A DNA stretch of 47,623 bases from Desulfosalsimonadaceae bacterium (lineage in GTDB: Bacteria; Desulfobacterota; Desulfobacteria; Desulfobacterales; Desulfosalsimonadaceae): NCBI GenBank assembly GCA_035312245.1, contig DATGCF010000257.1, positions 1-47,623 on the forward strand, written 5' to 3'. Positions 18,928 through 26,424 of this stretch are shown in pieces (positions within the stretch are counted from its first letter, which is position 1; every line of letters begins with the position of its first letter). Below the pieces are notes generated by a model. It did no database searches and was not told the origin of the DNA. It worked only from the letters and a program-made list of their open reading frames with translations. Both the position numbers and the translations under genes were made by a program.

Positions 18928-21900
18928 TTATTTTCCAAACACTTTCTCTGCTGAAAGTTTTTCAGCGGCCGCCATGTCGAGCGCCTTTATAATCGGTTCC
19001 ATGACTGAAAGTCCGGAGGCATAGCTCTTAATCCCCGGGAGTTGGGCAAAATTTAAGCGTTGCAGGGGCGGAATGGAAATCGGCACGGATTTGACCAGAA
19101 TTTCTCCCGTCAATGAGAGGAAGCCATCTTTGATGGAAATTTGAATCTCTTTGGGCGACCCCATTCGAAGCAGGCGCCGCTGGGAGACGATGGCTTCATT
19201 GTTCTCATAGGGGTCCAAAGCGTAAAGCAGCCGTTCTAAAGCCCGGCTGCCAATTTTACGGAATTCGATGCGGATTTCCGAGTTTTCCAGCAGATTTTCC
19301 ATTTTCCGGGCTACCGGCACATTCGCGTATAAGGCCCCGCTGATTTCGGATGCACCGCCTTTGATGCCGGAAGCTGCTTCCGGAAAAATACTGGCCGGGT
19401 CCAGGCCGGTAAAATTGATTCGGGTTTCCAAAAAATAGCCGTCTGCTTGTTGATTGATCAACAAATCACCCAAAAGCGTGCCGCCAAGGACGTCGAGTTT
19501 TATGGACTCGATTGCAGGCAGGCCCTGGGAAAGCCCAATGGCGATCCGGGATGGGCCGATCCTTATTGGCAGGCCGTCGGCCCGGATTTTGCCGGACTGC
19601 AGCGAAAGCCCGCGTCCAGGACCTGTATAATCCGGGCGCGTGCTGCTCATATCACTGCTAAAAGCGCTTGAGCCTGAAGGCCCGGTCATCGGATATGCGC
19701 CGCTGCCCTGCATCACCTGCTGCGAAAGCCATGTGCCAGTAGCATCGCCTTTAGCCATTGATGGTTTTGGGGTAATCTTTACCACTTTGGATAATATAAT
19801 ATTTCCGTTTATGCCGGTGAAAGCAAACAGATCCGGCATTTCTGTTGAAAAATCCTGAATATTAAGCCGGACATTGGCTCCCAGCGTATCTTCCGGAAGT
19901 TTCTGAATGTTCACATCACTTGATATTGCCCCGCTGATAACAATGTCATTTAAGCCCGGAACAGCCAATTCTTTTAATGCCTGGCTTTCCTGAATTTTAA
20001 CACTTACCGCTGCCTGGCCGCTGATTTGTCGAAAGAACCCGTAAGGGGTTTCGGCGGCGAGGGCGGGCGCCACGCCTTCCAGGGCGAGTTCAATCGATTG
20101 ATCAATAAGGCCCGGTTCTATTTGCAGACGCTGCGTGCCATTGAACCGGTCCAATCCGCGGTGCCCAATATCAAGAGTCATCTCACCGGCTACCGGTTTT
20201 TCCGGCTGCACACCCATTAAATCCGAAATCCCGTGGATTTTAATTTGGCTGGACACCTTTCCGGCGGCGTTTTTGCCGGAAAGTGCATAGGAAAGGAGGG
20301 GGGTGCCTGACATGCCGTTAATGGCAACACGGGATGTTTCATCAATTTTATAATCCATTTCCCCGTCGGCCAGGGTCAGGTTAATCCGGCAATGATCCAG
20401 AAAGTCGAGGTTTTCTGAAACCTTAAAGGTTTTGAGGTGTTCCAGCTCTTGGGGAGTGGGGCGCCTGCCGGCCATCTGGATGGTCAGTTTCGCATTTCCT
20501 GCAGCATCCATATGCAATCGATCCTGAAGCTTTAGCCCGCTCATAATCCGGGCCAAATCAATATCTGAGGAAATATGTGCATTGAATTGTTTTTTACCGG
20601 TCTGTTCCGCATCAGCAGTGAAGTCGAGAGCGAGCATGCGGCCCACATCAACACCTAAAGCCAGTCCCTTAATATCAAGATCCAAGGTTTCCATGTCGTT
20701 TAACCGCAGGTCGGCAAGGGATAGATCCAAACCGGCCCTGGTTTCCGGTATTTCATGGCCTATATTTTTAAGATTTAACCCGGGTATTTCAATGCTTAAG
20801 CGACCAATCGTGCCTGCCGCCTGTCCGCCCGGCGCTACCGCCAGGTTTGCATCCAAAGACTGGCGGGTGCCGGTTAGCGCTAACAGATTCTTTATTTCGA
20901 ATGAATTCATCTTCATGGTGTTGGAGAACGCGTAATTGCCGGACACCCCAAAGGGCGAATTTTCTTCAATGCGTATTTGATCGGCGGCAGCATGGAGGCT
21001 ATCGAGGGCGAACTCGCGCATTGTCATGATTGTTTTATCCGCCTCATAAGCCAAATGTCCGATCCGGATAGCGGCGTTTATCTCGGCAGAGGACGGCATC
21101 AGGTCGTTCAGCGTGGCACTGACGGACGGCAGTTTAATGCCTGCATCCTTAACCCTTACTCCTTCACCCGATGCCGGATTTGTTTGATACCCCATATCAG
21201 ATGCGCAAAGGTTGAAGGCTTTTATATTCACTGAGGCTTGTCCGGCGGGGATCCGGCCTTTTAAATGGATTTTCTCGATGGATAATTCTTGTTTGTCTCC
21301 AGTTGCCTGGCCAAGAACAAGCTGGGGCGGGAGGTAATCCTTTCCAAAGGCGGCAATTTCCTGAAGATCTATATGAACCGGAGCCATCGTCAGATCCACG
21401 CCTTTTGAGGCATGTTTTAAATCCGTCATGCGACCGCGGCAGACCAGACGGCTGTTTTTCAGAAGCTTAATCTCTGACCGATCAAGTTTGAGGTCAAATT
21501 TTTTCAGGTCTATTTGGCCGGCTGCCGCCACCTGCATGTTTCCGGGCCCCAGCCGCTTTCCAGTAAGTATTTTGCCGGTAAGGGAAATATCTTCTCCGGC
21601 AAGCACTGCATCAAACCGAATGATATCCGGATGCGCCTGAGCCGCCTCAGCTTTAAAATCAATTTTGCCTTTCATGTCGCTGCCTTTGAAAAGTTCCGGC
21701 AGAAGGGGGGAGGCAGCGCTGGCAAGCGCCTCAAGATCAACCGAGGCTTTGCTTTGAATTCCTGTGGCGGCCATATCCCCCTTAAGATGGATTGCCGCCC
21801 CGGGCAGATCCGCATCGATTTGGGCGGCCACTTGATCCAGTTGCATCCGCCGGGATGCGTCAAACAGCCGATGCAATTTGGCGTTAATGGCAGCGTGTGG

Positions 21901-22671
21901 AATTTTTTGGTCATTTACGAATATGTCCGCATCAATCGAGGCGGCAACCGGCTGATCAACCAGAGCCGGCGCTTTAAGGCGGATATCTCCGTTTTTGATG
22001 CGATAGTGCTGACCCGCCTGATGATCCTGGTATGAGATATAAATATCCGCCAGGTGGATGTCTGTACGGATATCCAAGGGTAGTTTAAACGGTTCTGTGG
22101 GTTTTTCCGGTTCAGGTGGTGTCGCCGATTCCGGTTTAGATTTTTTTTCACCGTCGTCGCTGCCGGCAAACGCTTCCACAATATTTAGACGGCCTTTTTT
22201 GTCCCGGACCAAATGAATCGCCGGATTTTTGATTAAAAATGAAAAATCCAGGCGTCCCTTGAATAAATTCAGGACATCAATTTCCAGATGGGCCTGCGAG
22301 ATGTTTATCAAGGATTTACCCGTGCCGTTTTTTTCTTCCGGAATATTGATATCCGAAAGCTTGAGGCCGCTTGTCCATGTCCAGTCAATACCTCGTATCT
22401 GGACCGGATGGTTCAGGGACTGCGAAAGATTGTCGGTTATCAGCTGTCTGGCCTTGTCAGTGGAGACAATCCGGGGCAAAAAGGCGACCGTCAGAGCGGC
22501 CATAATCAAGACAAGGACTAAAAATCCGCTAAAAACGAGCAGGATTTTCAATAAAAGCCGCGGCAATCTTTTTCGAGGGCTTTTAGAGGGCATAAGCGCA
22601 TGCCTCGGATATTTGCTGGCTATGCGCCAAAGATAGGCAGCTGTCCTTGATCGCCTTTTCTCCGGACGCAT
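18928..22671 (-). CDS. AsmA-like / YdbH-family large envelope (intermembrane lipid-transport type) protein
   Basis: 1247-aa ORF. It has an N-terminal basic stretch plus a single TM (LLLKILLVFSGFLVLVLIMAALTVAF), then an AsmA-type start (ITDNLSQSLNHPVQIRGIDWTWTSGLKLSDINI), with long beta-rich repetitive sequence throughout. The real start may be the Met at 22593 (MPSKSPRK, GAGG 9 nt upstream). Confidence 0.55.
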   Translation of the reverse strand: MRPEKRRSRTAAYLWRIASKYPRHALMPSKSPRKRLPRLLLKILLVFSGFLVLVLIMAALTVAFLPRIVSTDKARQLITDNLSQSLNHPVQIRGIDWTWTSGLKLSDINIPEEKNGTGKSLINISQAHLEIDVLNLFKGRLDFSFLIKNPAIHLVRDKKGRLNIVEAFAGSDDGEKKSKPESATPPEPEKPTEPFKLPLDIRTDIHLADIYISYQDHQAGQHYRIKNGDIRLKAPALVDQPVAASIDADIFVNDQKIPHAAINAKLHRLFDASRRMQLDQVAAQIDADLPGAAIHLKGDMAATGIQSKASVDLEALASAASPLLPELFKGSDMKGKIDFKAEAAQAHPDIIRFDAVLAGEDISLTGKILTGKRLGPGNMQVAAAGQIDLKKFDLKLDRSEIKLLKNSRLVCRGRMTDLKHASKGVDLTMAPVHIDLQEIAAFGKDYLPPQLVLGQATGDKQELSIEKIHLKGRIPAGQASVNIKAFNLCASDMGYQTNPASGEGVRVKDAGIKLPSVSATLNDLMPSSAEINAAIRIGHLAYEADKTIMTMREFALDSLHAAADQIRIEENSPFGVSGNYAFSNTMKMNSFEIKNLLALTGTRQSLDANLAVAPGGQAAGTIGRLSIEIPGLNLKNIGHEIPETRAGLDLSLADLRLNDMETLDLDIKGLALGVDVGRMLALDFTADAEQTGKKQFNAHISSDIDLARIMSGLKLQDRLHMDAAGNAKLTIQMAGRRPTPQELEHLKTFKVSENLDFLDHCRINLTLADGEMDYKIDETSRVAINGMSGTPLLSYALSGKNAAGKVSSQIKIHGISDLMGVQPEKPVAGEMTLDIGHRGLDRFNGTQRLQIEPGLIDQSIELALEGVAPALAAETPYGFFRQISGQAAVSVKIQESQALKELAVPGLNDIVISGAISSDVNIQKLPEDTLGANVRLNIQDFSTEMPDLFAFTGINGNIILSKVVKITPKPSMAKGDATGTWLSQQVMQGSGAYPMTGPSGSSAFSSDMSSTRPDYTGPGRGLSLQSGKIRADGLPIRIGPSRIAIGLSQGLPAIESIKLDVLGGTLLGDLLINQQADGYFLETRINFTGLDPASIFPEAASGIKGGASEISGALYANVPVARKMENLLENSEIRIEFRKIGSRALERLLYALDPYENNEAIVSQRRLLRMGSPKEIQISIKDGFLSLTGEILVKSVPISIPPLQRLNFAQLPGIKSYASGLSVMEPIIKALDMAAAEKLSAEKVFGK

Positions 22672-23107
22672 TGGAAACGGAAAAATAGAGTTGGATGCCG
22701 TCTGACTCGCTTGATTTATGATTTAGCATCACGCGAAGCGCGGTTCCCGTCCGTACCATGCCGGTAAATCGGCCATAGATAGCCTTCACGCGCTGCGGCC
22801 TGGCTTCAACTTCATGGTTGATGAGTTCGCGGACGGCAAAGGCGAGGGTAGCTGTACCCTGACGGATAATCCCCGGCAGGCCGACTCTCCGGGCAAATGA
22901 TTCAATAAATTCGCTGATCCGCTCAATCATGGGCCATGTCGCGGCCACCGGAAAAATGGGCAGCGCTGTGATGCCGCGGGCCATGTCGTCAAAGTAGGCG
23001 TCATTTGGGTCATCAACGGCCGCGGCGTAATTCATGGTATCACGCCAGTGAATTGTTTTCTGGTATGGCTTAAGAGGCGTGCCGACGAAATGGGAGTCAA
23101 GCTTCAT
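22583..23107 (-). CDS. MaoC-like hotdog-fold protein, probably degenerate or internally shortened
   Basis: 174 aa. The N-terminal piece (NYAAAVDDPNDAYFDD...ALPIFPV) resembles the first half of double-hotdog MaoC dehydratases, and the second part (GLPGIIRQGTATLAF...RFTGMVRTGTALRV) resembles the end of the second half. I did not see the catalytic HxD-type segment. The tail overlaps the next gene. Confidence 0.45.
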   Translation of the reverse strand: MKLDSHFVGTPLKPYQKTIHWRDTMNYAAAVDDPNDAYFDDMARGITALPIFPVAATWPMIERISEFIESFARRVGLPGIIRQGTATLAFAVRELINHEVEARPQRVKAIYGRFTGMVRTGTALRVMLNHKSSESDGIQLYFSVSNASGEKAIKDSCLSLAHSQQISEACAYAL

Positions 23108-23192
23108 TCAAGCGTACCAACGATGGCACTGGTAGCGTAGAAAGGGCCGCAACACCGGACTGCCCCTGCGGCGGCCCATAAAAATTTCGGCA

Positions 23193-23621
23193 TCAAACGA
23201 TTTCCATCAACTGGATTTCGAAGGTGAGGTCTTTGCCGGCCAAGGGATGGTTGGCATCCAATGTGACTTCATCATCTGAGATATTTGTGACAATCACAAA
23301 CACGCTGTTACCGTCTTCCTGCTTAAGCTCGAGCTCAAGGCCCAGTTCGGGCTGAATGTGCTCGGGAAATTTGTTTTTTTCCACTTCCACCACCATATCC
23401 TCATGATAATGGCCATAGGCTTTGTCCGGCGGGATTGTGGTGGTTTTGTTTTCCTCCGGATTCATCCCGATGACGGCTTCTTCGACACCCGGGATAACCT
23501 GACCGTCGCCGATCACAAATTCCAGGGGGTCGTTTTCGCTGGAGGAATCAAATACCGTCCCATCATCGAATTTTCCGGTATAATGGATTCTGACGGTGTC
23601 TCCTTCTTTTGCTTGTGGCAT
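23193..23621 (-). CDS. FKBP-type peptidyl-prolyl cis-trans isomerase (SlyD/SlpA-like, with an insert-in-flap domain)
   Basis: I prefer the start MPQAKEGDTVRIHYTGKFDDGTVFDSS (ATG 23619-23621, AAGGAG upstream). The C-terminal NHPLAGKDLTFEIQL is typical of the family. The track start at 23849 adds a non-homologous 76-aa extension. Confidence 0.8.
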   Translation of the reverse strand: MPQAKEGDTVRIHYTGKFDDGTVFDSSSENDPLEFVIGDGQVIPGVEEAVIGMNPEENKTTTIPPDKAYGHYHEDMVVEVEKNKFPEHIQPELGLELELKQEDGNSVFVIVTNISDDEVTLDANHPLAGKDLTFEIQLMEIV

Positions 23622-23816
23622 AAAATGCTCCTTTATTTTCGATTTTTTGTCATTCCAGTTGGACACATGTATTTCTAAAAACTTTAAATCATTATTATAT
23701 ATCATGCAAGGATGGATCAACAGAGAAAATATGCCGGGGAAACCTATCTCCTTGACGTATCTGGCTATCATGCAAATTTTTGTGGTTTTAAAACATTTCT
23801 GTATTTCGGAGCCAAA

Positions 23817-24722
23817 ATGACGCAAAAACGGATGCAACTTCGGACACATGGCACTGTCGGGCGTTTACTGGGGCAGCAGGGGTTAATCGTCCTTGGGGCG
23901 TTGGTTACGGCGCTGGGCTATAGTCTTTTTCAAGTGCCGTTCAACATTACCGCCGGGGGGTTGAGCGGTCTGGCGATTGTGATCAATCATTTTACCGGCT
24001 GGCCGGAGGGGTCGCTTTTTCTAGTGATGAACATTCCCCTGGTGATTTTAGGTTTCTATCAATTGGGCAGATGGCGATTTATCGTTTCGGTCGTTGTGTC
24101 GCTGCTGGTTTTTTCTTTTGCCACGGATATTTTTATCCATGCTTTGCCCCGATTTATGGCCAATTATCCGATTACTGACAATATTCTTTTAAGCGCCCTT
24201 TATGCCGGGATCGTTTTCGGTATTGGGAATGGCCTTATTTTCAGAGCGGGCGGATGCTTTCCGGGCACGACCATTCTCGGACGCGTGATCCAGAATAAGA
24301 CCGGTTTTCCGCTCAGCCAGACGTTTTTATATACGGATTCATTGATTATTTTATCCGCCGGCATCGTCTTCGGATGGGAGCTCGCCCTGCTGGCACTGAT
24401 CAGCCTCTTTTTTTCCGGTTTTGCCGCGGATTTCGTGGTGGAAGGGGCGAGCCAGGTTCGCACCGCGCTCATCATTACCGAAACCCCGGATGAACTCAAA
24501 CACGCTCTGATGACGGGGCTTCATAAAGGGATCACGGAATGGGAAGTGGCCGGCGGGTATACGGGCAATTACCGAACCATGCTCTACTGCATCATCCATC
24601 GCTCGCAGGTCAATGATTTGAAGTATATTGTCGGACAGACCGATTCCGATGCGTTTGTCGTTATTGGCGTGGCCCACCAAGCCTTTGGCGGCACTTCATT
24701 TCCCATGGTCAAACGGCGATAG
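23817..24722 (+). CDS. YitT-family membrane protein (DUF2179 C-terminal domain)
   Basis: Multi-TM N-terminal region (GALVTALGYSLFQVPFNITAGGLSGLAIVI) and a C-terminal soluble domain (RTALIITETPDELKHALM...GITEWEVAGGYTG...). The start is taken as MTQKRMQL; the track start at 23712 overlaps the divergent FKBP upstream region. Confidence 0.7.
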   Translation: MTQKRMQLRTHGTVGRLLGQQGLIVLGALVTALGYSLFQVPFNITAGGLSGLAIVINHFTGWPEGSLFLVMNIPLVILGFYQLGRWRFIVSVVVSLLVFSFATDIFIHALPRFMANYPITDNILLSALYAGIVFGIGNGLIFRAGGCFPGTTILGRVIQNKTGFPLSQTFLYTDSLIILSAGIVFGWELALLALISLFFSGFAADFVVEGASQVRTALIITETPDELKHALMTGLHKGITEWEVAGGYTGNYRTMLYCIIHRSQVNDLKYIVGQTDSDAFVVIGVAHQAFGGTSFPMVKRR

Positions 24723-24855
24723 ATAGCGATTACCCCTATCCATGCCAAAGGGCGCAAAAGGGGGCCTGTTGGCCTTTCAGGGCTTTCTGCCTATAGTTGG
24801 CGTTTATATGCCTGGTACTTTTTCATAGGGTAGATGTGTTTTTGGCATCCATTCC

Positions 24856-24978
24856 TTAAAAAAGTACGCGAACAAGCGCATCAGTCATCTTGCAAGCGCT
24901 TGAGACATTTCGCTTTACCTGATCGATGGAATAGCCGGCGACGGTTTGATTGCTGAAAATCACATTATATGCTGTCAT
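24856..24978 (-). CDS. Candidate 40-aa small ORF or gene remnant
   Basis: Hand translation gives MTAYNVIFSNQTVAGYSIDQVKRNVSSACKMTDALVRVLF*. It resembles the start of a recurring N-terminal module (xYxVxFxG..G....VK.N...LFK......LF) that normally continues for 30 or more further residues. The SD is weak (GAGAAG). It is too short for the ORF track. Confidence 0.25.
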   Translation of the reverse strand: MTAYNVIFSNQTVAGYSIDQVKRNVSSACKMTDALVRVLF

Positions 24979-25130
24979 GATGAGCTTCTCGCCTGGTTAA
25001 GGGTAAGCCCTTTATGCGTCGGATAAAAGAAAACTTTTAAGATTTTTTAATAATGGTTTCATATCACTAGATATTATGGCAAAATAGATGGAATTTTAAA
25101 AACAGCCGATTAACCCCCTGACTGTAAAGC

Positions 25131-25946
25131 ATGCCAGCCATGAGCGAGCAAGAGATTGAAAACCGTGACCAGGAAGTCGTTAACAAGTTCCGGGCGATGG
25201 TTTACGCGAAAGAACGCGGAAAAAAAAAGAAAACCGCCTATGTCGCTGCTGTCAGCGGCATCAGCCTGCTTGCCGGCATCAGCTTGTTGGCTCTTTATCT
25301 AAGTGTTTCTGAAAGCCCGCCTTCTAATACTGTTAAACATCATTCGGCGCGCATCGCTTTGGATGCCGGAAGAACGCAAAACGCATCGCTCCCTTCGGAT
25401 ACACCCCCCCCACCAACAAATTTTTCTGAAAAAGCATCGTCTGCTAAAGAAAAGACCGGAAAAACGACCAGCCCTGAATCATCTGTTAATGTAGTGGCAT
25501 CCAATTTAAATAAGGCTGACGTCCTCAATCAACCGGCAAAATCTGCTGTACCCGAGACAGAACCGGTAATCAAAGCGGCTGAACCGGAAAAGAAGGTTCC
25601 TGACGGCATACGCATCGCCGAGATAATTACCTGTCGAAAGGTGGAAAACAAACAGTATGTATCTCCTGCGACTGAATTTTCGATTCGTGCGGATAATCGG
25701 CCGGAGGTTTGGGTGTGGATGGATGTGCGCTCCAAGGAACGCCGGCTTCCCTACCTGTTGCGGCATGTCTATTATTGCAATGACCAAAAATATGCAGTCG
25801 TGGTTTTGGAGATTAAATACCCGCGGATGCGGACATGGAGCAATATTACCCTTGACCATGAAAAGTATGCGGGGGATTGGCGGATCGAAGTATTAACAGC
25901 GGATAAGCAGACAATCGCCGAAACTCAATTTCAAGTAATTCCTTAG
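25131..25946 (+). CDS. DUF2914-domain membrane-anchored protein
   Basis: 271 aa with one TM (YVAAVSGISLLAGISLLALYL), a Ser/Pro-rich linker and a C-terminal domain (ITCRKVENKQYVSPATEF...VWVWMDV...RHVYY...YPRMRTWSNITL...GDWRIEVLTADKQTIAETQFQV) matching the DUF2914 pattern as I recall it. Confidence 0.6.
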   Translation: MPAMSEQEIENRDQEVVNKFRAMVYAKERGKKKKTAYVAAVSGISLLAGISLLALYLSVSESPPSNTVKHHSARIALDAGRTQNASLPSDTPPPPTNFSEKASSAKEKTGKTTSPESSVNVVASNLNKADVLNQPAKSAVPETEPVIKAAEPEKKVPDGIRIAEIITCRKVENKQYVSPATEFSIRADNRPEVWVWMDVRSKERRLPYLLRHVYYCNDQKYAVVVLEIKYPRMRTWSNITLDHEKYAGDWRIEVLTADKQTIAETQFQVIP

Positions 25947-25969
25947 ATGTTTACCCGGGAGAAAGAGGT

Positions 25970-26419
25970 TTGAAAGAAAAATATGGCCTGCTTAGCTATC
26001 CTCCATTTTCCCGCCGGATAGTTTTTATCATCCTTTTGATTGTCGCGAATGTGGCCATTCACCCGGCTGCCTTTGGAGAGGAAACCGGAAATGGGATGAT
26101 AAATATTGAAAAAGCCGTGATTTGTGAAGCCGTGCAGAATTTGAAGCCGGTCCACCCGGCTATCGCATTTTCCATCAAGATCGGTAAAGTTCTCTGCTAT
26201 ACCGAGTTTTCCGAGATTTCCCAGGAAACCTTTGTCTTTCACCGCTGGTACCGCCGGGATGAGCTGGTGACGGAAAAAAAGCTCGTCCTGAAACCGCCCC
26301 AGTGGTCGACCTACAGCAGTATCCAGCTGCGCGAATCGGATAAAGGCCCCTGGCGCGTCAATATCGTTAATGTCCATGATCAGACGATGAAAATCCTTAG
26401 ATTCAGCGTTACCGAATAG
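25970..26419 (+). CDS. DUF2914-domain protein (second paralogue, signal or anchor plus the domain only)
   Basis: 149 aa with a TTG start and AAGAGG 5 nt upstream. It shows the same pattern as its neighbour (VICEAVQNLKPVHPAIAF...VLCYTEF...FHRWYRRDE...PQWSTYSSIQL...GPWRVNIVNVHDQTMKILRFSV). Confidence 0.6.
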   Translation: MKEKYGLLSYPPFSRRIVFIILLIVANVAIHPAAFGEETGNGMINIEKAVICEAVQNLKPVHPAIAFSIKIGKVLCYTEFSEISQETFVFHRWYRRDELVTEKKLVLKPPQWSTYSSIQLRESDKGPWRVNIVNVHDQTMKILRFSVTE

Positions 26420-26424
26420 CTGCA

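Noticed and set aside
23108-23192. GGGCCGC-N17-GCGGCCC hairpin after the FKBP gene as an intrinsic terminator
   Set aside because: The loop is very large and the trailing T-tract is only tttct, which is too weak to call. It may still pause transcription.
23622-23849. Long N-terminal extensions of the FKBP gene (to 23849) and of the YitT gene (from 23712)
   Set aside because: The two extensions overlap each other on opposite strands in what is evidently a divergent promoter region. The family-typical N-termini begin at the internal Met codons, and the FKBP one has a good AAGGAG SD.
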